The position numbers and the translations under genes were made by a program. A stretch of 57,161 nt of DNA, from positions 1-57,161 of the forward strand of contig DEAP01000008.1 in assembly GCA_002348225.1 (NCBI GenBank), written 5' to 3'. Numbering within the stretch: the stretch's first letter is position 1; the number at the start of each line of letters is the position of its first letter. Source of the DNA: Dehalococcoidia bacterium UBA2979 (GTDB lineage: Bacteria; Chloroflexota; Dehalococcoidia; UBA2979). Positions 1 to 8,896 of this stretch are shown piece by piece. Under the pieces are notes generated by a model, which was not told the origin of the DNA, did not search any database, and was given only the letters and a program-made list of their open reading frames with translations.

Positions 1-124
1 TGACGTCTCCAGAAAGCGCAAGTTACTGGAAGCACAAAAGGCCGGCAAAAAGCGGATGAAGGTCCTCGGTAACGTTGAGATCCCTCAGGATGCATTCCTA
101 GCGATGATGAAAAATCGCGGCTAG
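1..124 (+). CDS. lepA: elongation factor 4 (LepA), C-terminal fragment; gene starts upstream of the window
   Basis: The frame is open from position 2 to TAG at 122-124. It translates [40 protein letters not shown]. This matches my recollection of the conserved LepA C-terminus (KLLEKQKEGKKRMK..GNVE.PQEAF). Confidence 0.6.
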   Translation, partial: DVSRKRKLLEAQKAGKKRMKVLGNVEIPQDAFLAMMKNRG

Positions 125-196
125 CAAGACCGCCCTAACAGAATGAATAGAGAAGCATACTAAATTAAATTCGGACTCCCCATGTATCCCGAGAGT

Positions 197-1234
197 CTAT
201 GCTGCCATGCAGCATTCACAGTTAGCTACATAGTGGCCTGTACTTACTTCGGTCAACACGGGCACAGTATCAGAACACTTACATCCGGCGCCCTTTGTAC
301 ATCGTGTCCGGAACACACAACCCTTAGGTGGGTTCAATGGGCTAGGTACATCACCCTCCAGAATAATTCGCTCACGAGTTCTTTCGATCCGAGGGTCTGG
401 AATCGGAATAGCAGATAAAAGAGCCCTTGTGTAGGCGTGTACAGGATTATTATAGAGCTCGTTAGATTCAGCCAACTCAACGATATGTCCAAGGTACATC
501 ACGGACCTACGATCACTGATGTGCTTCACCACTGACAGATCGTGAGCGATGAATAGATAAGTGAGTCCGAATTCGCCCTGCAAATCCTCGAGCAGATTTA
601 TCACCTGAGCCTGAATCGACACATCCAGTGCTGACACTGGCTCATCACAAACAATGAAATCAGGTTCCACAGCAAGCGCACGACCAATTCCGATTCTCTG
701 GCGTTGACCACCAGAGAACTCATGTGGGTATCGCTTAGCAAATGTAGGATTGAGTCCTACGGCCTCAAGGATGTAATCCAATCGCTCTTTGCGTTCAGCC
801 CCCTTGTAAAGACCATGTATGGCAAGAGGCTCTGAAATAATTTGAGCAACACTCATTCTCGGGTTCAAGGACGAGAATGGGTCCTGGAAAATCATTTGCA
901 TTCGCCGACGGAATCTCCTCAGGTCCGCACCCTTAATCTCAGTCAGCTCAGTCCCATCAAAGTTGACTTTGCCCTCGGTGGGTCTGTGCAGCTGGAGAAT
1001 CGCACGCCCTGTAGTCGATTTACCACAACCTGACTCACCAACGAGTCCAAGTGTTTCTCCTCGCTTCACATCGAATGTCAGTCCATCGACTGCCTTAACA
1101 TCCGCGACTTTCCTTTGTAAGAACAGTCCCGATGTGACAGGAAAATACATTTTCATGTTTTCAACACTTAGCAGTGTTTCTCCTGGCTTTGCTGTTGTCT
1201 CGGCGTTCGCTGCCAAATTTTGTGTAGTCACCAC
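197..1234 (-). CDS. Opp/Dpp-type peptide ABC transporter ATP-binding protein (F-type)
   Basis: 345-aa ORF with Walker [13 protein letters not shown] signature FSGGQRQR and Walker B FIVCDEP. It has an oligopeptide-type C-terminal domain with a Cys-rich tail. Confidence 0.9.
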   Translation of the reverse strand: MVTTQNLAANAETTAKPGETLLSVENMKMYFPVTSGLFLQRKVADVKAVDGLTFDVKRGETLGLVGESGCGKSTTGRAILQLHRPTEGKVNFDGTELTEIKGADLRRFRRRMQMIFQDPFSSLNPRMSVAQIISEPLAIHGLYKGAERKERLDYILEAVGLNPTFAKRYPHEFSGGQRQRIGIGRALAVEPDFIVCDEPVSALDVSIQAQVINLLEDLQGEFGLTYLFIAHDLSVVKHISDRRSVMYLGHIVELAESNELYNNPVHAYTRALLSAIPIPDPRIERTRERIILEGDVPSPLNPPKGCVFRTRCTKGAGCKCSDTVPVLTEVSTGHYVANCECCMAA

Positions 1235-1291
1235 TGGCCTCCAGTTATTCCCTCATCCAACTTTGTGTTTCAAAACTCTTACGCAGCTACC

Positions 1292-2293
1292 CTAAGCAGG
1301 CACTTTATCTCTAGTCATACAACAAGGACAATTTGCCACAAAATGACCAGGCTCTACCTCAGCCAATTCAGGAGTACCCTCCGTTGAACAGAAGCAGCCA
1401 TCGCCTGCTTTTGCACAACGAGGCCTAAAAGCGCAGCCATGTATCTCATTTATCAACAGTGGAGGCTGCCCTTCAATCGTTGCTAGTCGAGTATGCTCCG
1501 TATCGTCAAGTCGCGGGACCGACTGCATCAAGCCTACTGTGTAGCCATGCTGCGGGTTGTTGAACACATCTTCTGCAGTCCCTGTCTCAACGATTCGTCC
1601 GGCGTACATCACATTCACTCGATCTGCATATCTAGCCACCACGCCCAAGTTGTGCGTAATAATCAGAACTGCCGTACCAAGCTCAGATGCTAATTTACCC
1701 ATAATCTCAAGAATCTGGGCCTGGATAGTCACGTCCAGAGCCGTTGTCGGCTCATCAGCAATAAGTAGTTTTGGATCGCAAGATAAACCCATCGCAATCA
1801 TAACTCTCTGACGCATACCACCAGAAAATTGGTGCGGGTAATCTTTTATTCGTTGTTCAGCCTCAGGGATCCCAACCATCTCAAGCAATTCAATCGCTTT
1901 CTGATCGGCCTCTTCTTCATTCAGTCCTAGGTGCAGTACGACCGCTTCACGTATCTGCTGTCCAATTGTTAGAACCGGATTCAACGACGTCATGGGTTCC
2001 TGGAAAATCATAGCTATTCGGTTACCACGAATGGAACGCATCTCAGCGTCACTAACATTCAACAGGTCTAGCCCGTCAAACGTTATCGTGCCGTCAACAA
2101 TACGACCAGGGGGGTTTGGGATTAATTTTAGGATGGACATTGCCGTTACAGACTTGCCGCAACCAGACTCCCCAACCAAAGCTAGTGTTTCACCTTCATC
2201 CAAGTCCCAAGTGACACCATCAACGGCCCTCACTGTTCCCTCATCCGTGAAAAAATAAGTTTTAAGATTGTTGACTTCCAAAAGCTTAGCCAT
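1292..2293 (-). CDS. Opp/Dpp-type peptide ABC transporter ATP-binding protein (D-type)
   Basis: 333-aa ORF with Walker A GESGCGKS, signature FSGGMRQR and Walker B LLIADEPTTALD. A GGAGG Shine-Dalgarno lies upstream of the ATG. The C-terminal tail is Cys-rich. Confidence 0.9.
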   Translation of the reverse strand: MAKLLEVNNLKTYFFTDEGTVRAVDGVTWDLDEGETLALVGESGCGKSVTAMSILKLIPNPPGRIVDGTITFDGLDLLNVSDAEMRSIRGNRIAMIFQEPMTSLNPVLTIGQQIREAVVLHLGLNEEEADQKAIELLEMVGIPEAEQRIKDYPHQFSGGMRQRVMIAMGLSCDPKLLIADEPTTALDVTIQAQILEIMGKLASELGTAVLIITHNLGVVARYADRVNVMYAGRIVETGTAEDVFNNPQHGYTVGLMQSVPRLDDTEHTRLATIEGQPPLLINEIHGCAFRPRCAKAGDGCFCSTEGTPELAEVEPGHFVANCPCCMTRDKVPA

Positions 2294-2406
2294 GGAACCT
2301 CCATATAATTGCGCCCTAAGCCGCAGGACGCCTAACCAAAATTATTTTCTGTCCGCAGAATAGTAACCGAAAACTGCTCCCGTGAGTAGTCTCCCGTTAG
2401 ATTCAC

Positions 2407-2491
2407 TGGTACCGAAGGTGGGACTCGAACCCACACGCCTCGCGGCACGTGATCCTAAATCACGCGCGTCTGCCAATTCCGCCACTTCGGC
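2407..2491 (-). tRNA. tRNA-Leu (anticodon TAG), type II with long variable arm, CCA encoded
   Basis: Hand-folded cloverleaf. Acceptor GCCGAAG/CTTCGGT (G1-U72 wobble). Anticodon stem CGTGA/TCACG with loop TTTAGGA. 13-nt variable arm. T-arm GTGGG-TTCGAGT-CCCAC. Ends in ACCA. Confidence 0.9.
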
Positions 2492-2548
2492 ACATGAAGT
2501 ATCCTACCGCGAAATTACCCACACGAACAATGTCGAAACCATGCTAAT

Positions 2549-2731
2549 TCAACGCAGCATGAAATAGATGGACGGGAATAAAAACGCAATCAACACGATG
2601 AAACTAACGAGCCTCGCCACAGAGATGAGTCTCGAGCCGACCGACTCATCAAAATCGGTACCTTCCCACTCGTCGGTTAGATCGGGGTCTAAATCGCCCT
2701 CATTCGACTCATCCCATATTGGGTCATTCAT
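2549..2731 (-). CDS. hypothetical small protein, acidic N-terminus with a C-terminal transmembrane helix
   Basis: 60-aa ORF. The composition is protein-like (a D/E-rich half followed by LISVARLVSFIVLIAFLFPSIYF), whereas the overlapping plus-strand ORF is Ser-rich low complexity. No strong SD. Confidence 0.3.
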   Translation of the reverse strand: MNDPIWDESNEGDLDPDLTDEWEGTDFDESVGSRLISVARLVSFIVLIAFLFPSIYFMLR

Positions 2732-3033
2732 ACCTACAATATTAACGTGGATATGCGAGCCATCTGAGAGGGAAAATTAACACCTCAATTGAGACTGCTC
2801 GCAATAGCGTCATGCGAGGTGCGACATCACTGATTCCCTTATCACCCTCATCATCATGTCAGGATTTGCTGCCTGCTATTCCGTTTGGATAGGGCTCAAC
2901 ATTAGAAGGCACGGAGTAGCCAGCCAGAAGTGGTGGATAGCAATCGTGACTATCTGGTGGATTGTCGTGCTTATCCAGCTACGAGTGGCCTTAACCTAGG
3001 GCCCTCAATCGGGGAGTTTTAGTTAATTTGAGA

Positions 3034-3321
3034 CTATCTTCTCGGCTCACGCGGTCTGGCTTCATTGACTCTAAGCTGTCGTCCGCCGTGTTCCTGTCCG
3101 TCGATTGCCTGAATCGCAGCATTCGCCTCATCATCACTGGGCATCTCAACGAACCCAAAGCCTTTAGAACGGCCAGTGTCCCTATCGATGATTACGTTAG
3201 CGTCACTCACTGTACCGTGCGCGCCAAATAATTCTCTCAGATCATCCTCAGTAAATCTGTACGAAATGTTTCCACAATATATATTCACGAAGTTCTTTCC
3301 TATACCAATCCAGTGAGACAT
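3034..3321 (-). CDS. RRM-type (RNP-1/RNP-2) RNA-binding protein
   Basis: RNP-2 motif NIYCGN and RNP-1 motif KGFGFVEM. The start is uncertain: ATG at 3321, or GTG at 3288 giving VNIYCGN. The 176-aa track ORF (to 3564) is an upstream extension that overlaps the neighbouring gene. Confidence 0.85.
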   Translation of the reverse strand: MSHWIGIGKNFVNIYCGNISYRFTEDDLRELFGAHGTVSDANVIIDRDTGRSKGFGFVEMPSDDEANAAIQAIDGQEHGGRQLRVNEARPREPRR

Positions 3322-3327
3322 TCTCAC
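3313..3327 (-). promoter_or_regulatory. 6-bp hairpin (GTGAGA-ATG-TCTCAC) holding the upstream candidate ATG of the RRM gene in its loop
   Basis: A perfect inverted repeat read directly from the sequence. Any function is inferred only. Confidence 0.3.
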
Positions 3328-3442
3328 CTCTGCGTTGAAAACACTAGCACGAAATCTGCTAAGGGAATGCTGACTCCCTAACGCTGTTATTGAAGAGTAC
3401 AAATCTAATGTTATCCGAGCCGGAGCATTATCACTAAACTTC

Positions 3443-3853
3443 TTAAGGTCGGCTGTCGCCAGGCCACTTATCCCCAAATTTTGGCAACTCGTCTTCAAAC
3501 GTACACAAACTGGAAGTGCCGTCACTTGAAAGCGGGCATGGAATATCCACGGTGTACTTCTCACCTTCTGGAGTCCTTACCTTTATCTCCTGCCAGAATT
3601 TACCAGTCCAATTTTCAATACCTACATCCACGTAGGTCTTATATCTCGCGCAATCGTCACCTTCATAGCTGACTTCTGCCCGACTGCTGTATTGGACTTC
3701 GCACTTCATCACAATATTGATCACGATATCTTCGTCGGTCGAGGACGATACATTATCAATTGCCCAAACTATACCCAGCACAATTCCTGCGGGAAGAATA
3801 AGTATCATCAGCAATTCCCGGACAAACTTAAACACGTGATCCTGCGTCCTCAA
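3443..3853 (-). CDS. hypothetical protein with an N-terminal membrane anchor
   Basis: 136-aa ORF with the hydrophobic segment LLMILILPAGIVLGIVWAI followed by a Cys-containing soluble part. An alternative start at 3808 would remove the 26-nt overlap with the upstream gene. Confidence 0.5.
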   Translation of the reverse strand: MRTQDHVFKFVRELLMILILPAGIVLGIVWAIDNVSSSTDEDIVINIVMKCEVQYSSRAEVSYEGDDCARYKTYVDVGIENWTGKFWQEIKVRTPEGEKYTVDIPCPLSSDGTSSLCTFEDELPKFGDKWPGDSRP

Positions 3854-4964
3854 ACGTTTGTAGTTGATCGAAGTCCAACTCTACGCCGATACCGTCGACA
3901 TCAGTATCGAGAAGGTAAGTGCCACCGTGAATGGGGGGAAGGTTATTGAATACTAAACTTGCGAAATGATTAGTTTCGTCGAATTGATGTTCGAGTAGAT
4001 CCGTGTTCTTCGCGGCAAGACACACCTGCAAGGAAGCCGCATGACATATCGGTCCTGTTGGATTGTGTGGAGAAAAATCCACCTGGAATCGATTAAATAA
4101 TTCTGAGATCGCAATCATCTCTTCCGGACCTCCCGCATATTTCACGTCAGGCATCATCACGTCGTATGCACCACCTTCGAGGAAAGGAACAAAGCTCTCT
4201 TTGCGAATATTCATCTCGAGTCCTGCCAGTTTGATAGCAAAACTATTAGCCGTATCGCGTAACCTCGCAATCGCTGGAATTTGTTGTCCGTTTTCTGTGA
4301 TGGGGCATTCCACCCAGTATGGGTTTAAAGAAGCGACTTCATGAATCATTTCAGAGGCCCCCTGTTCGTCAAATCGCCAATGACAATCAATCATCAATCG
4401 AGTATCCGTTCCTACTTGCGCCCTGACTGCAGCCACTCGCTCCAAGCCTTTGGCTGTTGATCCTCGCATTTCCTGACGATCTAATTCTGGTAAGACCTCA
4501 TCAAATGGCGCAATTTTAAAAGCAGAATATCCTGCCTCAACTGCATCCGCAGCGCTCGCAGCAAAGCCTTCGGGAGTGCGGTCGATCGTCCGCCTGTTTA
4601 TATTGGCATACAAACCAATTTCGTTTCTTTGCACTCCACCGAGATATTCAGCCATAGGAACCCTCGTTGATTTCGATAACGCGTCAGCGCACGCCTGCAA
4701 TAAGGCAGAAGAAAATGCTGCTTCCGGAAGACTGCCAAACGGAAGAGACTTCAAAAGCAATGGACTCGTGAGCGGTGTCTTGAGAAGTCGCTCATGATTT
4801 TTGTGCCAAACCGTGGCCACTTCGTCATCGCGTCCAGCCAGGCTCGCCTCGCCTACACCCTGAAACCCATCAGAATCCGTGACACGAATGAAAATCCATA
4901 CTGTTTTCTCCGTCACTCGGATGCTTCCTATTTCGATCTGACCAAGAATAAGCTGTTTCCACAT
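3828..4964 (-). CDS. enolase-superfamily enzyme (mandelate racemase / muconate lactonizing enzyme family, sugar-acid dehydratase-like)
   Basis: The N-terminal capping-domain pattern is VWIFIRVTDSDGFQGVGEASL. The barrel carries acidic metal-ligand contexts (KIAPFDE, MIDCHWRF, VECP). The start was moved to ATG 4964 (MWKQLILGQ) to avoid overlap with the 5008-5274 ORF. Confidence 0.85.
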   Translation of the reverse strand: MWKQLILGQIEIGSIRVTEKTVWIFIRVTDSDGFQGVGEASLAGRDDEVATVWHKNHERLLKTPLTSPLLLKSLPFGSLPEAAFSSALLQACADALSKSTRVPMAEYLGGVQRNEIGLYANINRRTIDRTPEGFAASAADAVEAGYSAFKIAPFDEVLPELDRQEMRGSTAKGLERVAAVRAQVGTDTRLMIDCHWRFDEQGASEMIHEVASLNPYWVECPITENGQQIPAIARLRDTANSFAIKLAGLEMNIRKESFVPFLEGGAYDVMMPDVKYAGGPEEMIAISELFNRFQVDFSPHNPTGPICHAASLQVCLAAKNTDLLEHQFDETNHFASLVFNNLPPIHGGTYLLDTDVDGIGVELDFDQLQTFEDAGSRV

Positions 4965-5007
4965 TTTTGAAGGATATCTGGATATGTGATGCTGGGAAAC
5001 TAGTGCG

Positions 5008-5274
5008 TTACGTTTGTTCGCCGGACACCGCAGGCCCCTTATAAACTCCGTCGTACTTCCCATCCTCATCAGTCCAATAGATTACTTCTTCGACCGCGCA
5101 CCCAATCACATCTGCCATACCTCGACGGTATCCTTGCAAAAGAGTGTCGTCATGGACCGCGCGAATGAGCTTAAATATTTCCTCTTCAACACCAGCCACA
5201 GAATCCTGCTCCGATAAATGAGAGGCGACTTCCTCTAGCGTGACCGAACCCTTAAGCAGGTCTGTATAGTCCAT
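5008..5274 (-). CDS. hypothetical protein
   Basis: 88 aa from ATG 5274, preceded by GGGAG about 7 nt upstream. Composition is protein-like. It lies 44 nt upstream of the enolase-family gene on the same strand. I recognise no motif. Confidence 0.45.
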   Translation of the reverse strand: MDYTDLLKGSVTLEEVASHLSEQDSVAGVEEEIFKLIRAVHDDTLLQGYRRGMADVIGCAVEEVIYWTDEDGKYDGVYKGPAVSGEQT

Positions 5275-5346
5275 TTGCACACTCCCATCTATTCAGTACT
5301 CTAGACTTTAGTGCAGATTAATTGAAATTCAGGTTGGGAAATTAGT

Positions 5347-6372
5347 TTGGGAACAAAAACTCTAGTCGTTGGTGGAACAGGACCGACAGGAGTCCACCTA
5401 GTGAACTTCTTGCTCGAGGCCGGCCACACGGTAACCGTATTTAACAGCGGACAACACGATGAGGGAGTTCAATTTATTGATTCCGTAGAACGAATATATG
5501 GGAACGCTCGAGACGAAGAAAGTGTCCGGTCTTCGATCGCAACAAATAATTGGGATATCGCGATCTGCACTTACGGCAAATTGAGAATGCTCGCAGATGA
5601 ACTTGCAGGCAAAACTCACCGCTTTGTTGGTATAACCGGTCAACCAGTGTATAAAGGTGCCGCTAGGCGCACACCGGACGGGTCAATCCCACTACCGGTG
5701 CAGGAACACGCCGACAGGCAGTATGACGCCTCGAACTACACCGGCCGTGTGGCTGTCGGTGAAGATCAAATTTTCATGCAGCACGGGCGAGGTGACTTCG
5801 AGGGTGTGCTTGTCCGGTACCCTGGTGTATACGGGCCAAGGGCCCCACTAAATCACGAATGGGCGGTCATTCGAAGAGTACTCGACAAAAGGCCGTTCAT
5901 GCTGATGCCACACGCAGGGATGAGTTACTTCCAAAGAGGGTACTCAGAGAACGTGGCCTGGCTCGTCTATCTAGCTGCAACCAGAAAGGAAGCTGCGGGA
6001 AATGCTTTCAACAGCGGTGACGAACAGGTCCTCAGTGCGGCCCGAGTAGCTGAATTAATCGTTGAGGAACTATCTTCAGAAATGGAACTTATCGACGTTC
6101 CGGGGGACCTCTGTAAAAACATCTATCCACTTGCAGAAAAAGCTCCGCTCATCCTAGACATGACCAAATCACGTAATCTCCTTGGTTACCGAGATCGAGT
6201 TTCGGTAGAACAAGCGACCCGCGCTACAGCCCGTTGGTACGCTGAGAATCCCCTCCTTGAAGGATTCAATAACGACACGGTTATACCGGCAGCAGGCTCA
6301 TTTGACTATGAGGAAGAAGAACGTATTTTGCGTGCGTGGCTGAATGCCAAGGAGTCATTAAGTGACCTCTAA
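5347..6372 (+). CDS. NAD-dependent epimerase/dehydratase family protein (extended SDR)
   Basis: N-terminal Rossmann motif VVGGTGPTGVHLVNFLLEAGHTV. 341 aa with a TTG start. Confidence 0.8.
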   Translation: MGTKTLVVGGTGPTGVHLVNFLLEAGHTVTVFNSGQHDEGVQFIDSVERIYGNARDEESVRSSIATNNWDIAICTYGKLRMLADELAGKTHRFVGITGQPVYKGAARRTPDGSIPLPVQEHADRQYDASNYTGRVAVGEDQIFMQHGRGDFEGVLVRYPGVYGPRAPLNHEWAVIRRVLDKRPFMLMPHAGMSYFQRGYSENVAWLVYLAATRKEAAGNAFNSGDEQVLSAARVAELIVEELSSEMELIDVPGDLCKNIYPLAEKAPLILDMTKSRNLLGYRDRVSVEQATRATARWYAENPLLEGFNNDTVIPAAGSFDYEEEERILRAWLNAKESLSDL

Positions 6373-8368
6373 TTCTTCAGACATATTTCGAGAACAAGTA
6401 AATTCACCACCGAGGAATTATGCCAATACGAGTGGGGACGATATTCGCGTGGCTGTCGACGACACGATGGAGCGGGTCGATCATATTTATCAGCTGATAG
6501 CAGCCATACCTTCATCTGATCGAACATTTGAAAACACTATACGGCCCCTTGATGAGGCAACAAATTTATTGATAGAGACTGATGGTGCCTTCTGTTTCCT
6601 AGCTTACGTGGCCGACGATAAGTCTCTCCGTGAAGTCGCAGAGGAATCCGATAAAAAACTGGCTTCATTCCGAACGGAGCTTGGTTTCCGCGAAGATATT
6701 TTCCTGGCAGTGGTCGAATATATGAAAACAACCGAGTATCAAAGCCTCGGCGTTACGGAACAGCGACTCTGCGAATTCATAGAGCGTGATTTCAGAAGAA
6801 ATGGTCTGGCCCTCGGAAAAAATAAGTTGACGGAGGTCCAGAATTTACGACAAAAGCTTGTCGAGCTCGGCATCTCGTTTAGAAAAAATATCGATGAATT
6901 CCAAGACTATATAGTCGTTTCAGAGGACGATCTTGCTGGATTACCCCCGCACTACGTAGCTAATCTCACAAAGGCACATGGGCAGGATGAGGGAGAGTAC
7001 CGAGTATCACTCGACTATCCCGAAATGTTCCCGTTTATGGAAGCGTCACCGTCCGAAGAAAAACGCCGAGAGTTGTTTTTAAAAAACCACAATAAAGCCG
7101 CTTCGGACAATTTACCTATACTCAGCGAAGCAATAAATATTCGATCTCAAATTGCGAAACTCCTTGGCTATGAATCATGGGCCGAGTATTCCATTGAATT
7201 AAAAATGGCAAAAACGCCGTCGGCTGCAAAAACATTCCTGGTCGAGCTTGAACAACAGATACAAGAAAAATCTCAGCAAGATATAGACCAACTCACTGCA
7301 GCGAAACGTCTCGCCACACGTAACCCCGATGCGAATCTTGAAATATGGGACTGGCGATATTATCAACAACAGGTTAAAGCCAATGAGTACGCCGTCGATC
7401 AATTCGAGGTTGCGAACTATTTTCCGGTACAAGCAACTTTGGACGGCATGTTCGAGGTCTATCAACAGCTCACTGGAGTCATATTCACGGAAATAGCAGA
7501 ACCCAACGCATGGCATCCTGATGTTCGGTTGTACTCCGTCACGGACACAGAAACCGGCGAACATATTGCTCATTTCTACATGGATCTACATCCTCGACAA
7601 GGGAAATATGGACACGCTGCCGCTTTCACCCTGAAACCAAGTAGACATCGTCCGGATGGAAGTCGGCAGCCTGCTATTTCTGCAATAGTCGCGAATTTCA
7701 CTAAGCCCACTACCGAATCACCTAGCTTGCTCCGCCATAGTGAGGTTGAAACCCTTTTCCATGAATTCGGCCACATCCTGCATCAGACTTTGACTCAGGC
7801 ACCATTCAGTCGATTTTCAGGCACCGCTGTTGAGCGGGATTTTGTTGAGGCTCCGAGTCAGATGCTTGAGCATTGGACCTGGGACGAATCTATTCTGAAG
7901 CAGTTCACCAGTCACAAGGACAACGGTTCACCGATTCCTTCCGATCTCATAGAAAAAATGAAGCAAGCAAAAAACGTGGGCAGTGGCATCCACTATCTAA
8001 GGCAAATCTACTTCGCTCGACTTGATCTCGCGTACCATGATGCCATCCTGCCGACAGATACAGATGCGCCGGCCAAAGAACTGCACCCTATAACTGGGTT
8101 CACTTTCCCTGAGGGGACACATTTTCAGGGTGGATTTGGACACCTGTTCGGATATGACGCCGGATATTATGGCTATCTCTGGTCGCAAGTCTTCGGCGAT
8201 GATATGTTCACGCGCTTTACAGACGGCGATGCACTAGCTGTGGGGCGTGAATATCGTACAAATATATTAGAACCGGGCGGTTCAGTAGATGCGCAGGTCC
8301 AACTTGAACGATTTCTCGGACGGGAACCAGATAAATCAGCCTTCCTTTCAGGAATTGGATTACAGTGA
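6362..8368 (+). CDS. M3-family zinc metallopeptidase (oligopeptidase A / thimet oligopeptidase / Dcp-like)
   Basis: 668 aa with the zinc motif TLFHEFGHILHQ and the downstream FVEAPSQMLE typical of M3 peptidases. Confidence 0.9.
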   Translation: MTSNSSDIFREQVNSPPRNYANTSGDDIRVAVDDTMERVDHIYQLIAAIPSSDRTFENTIRPLDEATNLLIETDGAFCFLAYVADDKSLREVAEESDKKLASFRTELGFREDIFLAVVEYMKTTEYQSLGVTEQRLCEFIERDFRRNGLALGKNKLTEVQNLRQKLVELGISFRKNIDEFQDYIVVSEDDLAGLPPHYVANLTKAHGQDEGEYRVSLDYPEMFPFMEASPSEEKRRELFLKNHNKAASDNLPILSEAINIRSQIAKLLGYESWAEYSIELKMAKTPSAAKTFLVELEQQIQEKSQQDIDQLTAAKRLATRNPDANLEIWDWRYYQQQVKANEYAVDQFEVANYFPVQATLDGMFEVYQQLTGVIFTEIAEPNAWHPDVRLYSVTDTETGEHIAHFYMDLHPRQGKYGHAAAFTLKPSRHRPDGSRQPAISAIVANFTKPTTESPSLLRHSEVETLFHEFGHILHQTLTQAPFSRFSGTAVERDFVEAPSQMLEHWTWDESILKQFTSHKDNGSPIPSDLIEKMKQAKNVGSGIHYLRQIYFARLDLAYHDAILPTDTDAPAKELHPITGFTFPEGTHFQGGFGHLFGYDAGYYGYLWSQVFGDDMFTRFTDGDALAVGREYRTNILEPGGSVDAQVQLERFLGREPDKSAFLSGIGLQ

Positions 8369-8405
8369 CAGGCAGTGTACAAAATACTTTACCGCTACCT
8401 GTCAC
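8365..8405. terminator. hairpin between convergent genes (possible bidirectional terminator)
   Basis: GTGACAGG (8365-8372) pairs with CCTGTCAC (8398-8405). The stem extends to 11 of 13 positions. It spans the stop codon of the M3 peptidase. There is no clear U-tract. Confidence 0.35.
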
Positions 8406-8414
8406 CTGAATCAT

Positions 8415-8765
8415 CTATTCCTGCGAAAATTGACTTCTCATAGCTGACTCGGCTGATGCTGTGGTCGTCCCCACTGAAGTAGCTGGTGTCCAAGTAAATT
8501 CCAACACTGAGTTGTAGTGATTATTGATAGCCCGCAGTGTGTCCGCTTGATCTGTTTCGACAACCATAATGCTGGGTAGTTCAAAGCTCGACGATATTGG
8601 GGAGTAAGAAGCCACAATGTTACCGGCAAATGAACTCTCGCGAGCGGCCATTACCCGCGCTGTGAAAGCCTGCTGCTCTTCCTCTACTGTCCCGTTATCT
8701 TCGGCTTCAGCAAATCTCTGCCATTGGGCCGCTGATGGTCTGTAATATCCCAAATACAATGTCAT
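8415..8765 (-). CDS. hypothetical protein
   Basis: 116-aa ORF, divergent from the amine oxidase gene. I recognise no motif. Confidence 0.5.
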   Translation of the reverse strand: MTLYLGYYRPSAAQWQRFAEAEDNGTVEEEQQAFTARVMAARESSFAGNIVASYSPISSSFELPSIMVVETDQADTLRAINNHYNSVLEFTWTPATSVGTTTASAESAMRSQFSQE

Positions 8766-8896
8766 CCCTATATTCCTTAATTTTTGCCATCCAATTTATA
8801 TTGGAAATCAGCCTAGCACGCCGGAGTAAGCGGACGAAATCTATGATTCTTCATCTACACTGATTATTACTAGCTGAAGCAGTTGAGGAGTTTCAT

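Noticed and set aside
3034-3564. The 176-aa ORF suggested a much larger RRM protein.
   Set aside because: The upstream 80-90 residues have no protein-like features and overlap the 3443-3853 gene. RRM proteins of this type begin right at the RNP-2 motif.
8791-8804. CCAAT-N4-ATTGG inverted repeat in the divergent promoter region upstream of the amine oxidase, as an operator.
   Set aside because: A 5-bp half-site in AT-rich DNA is expected by chance, and no second copy was seen. I noted it but do not support it as a feature.
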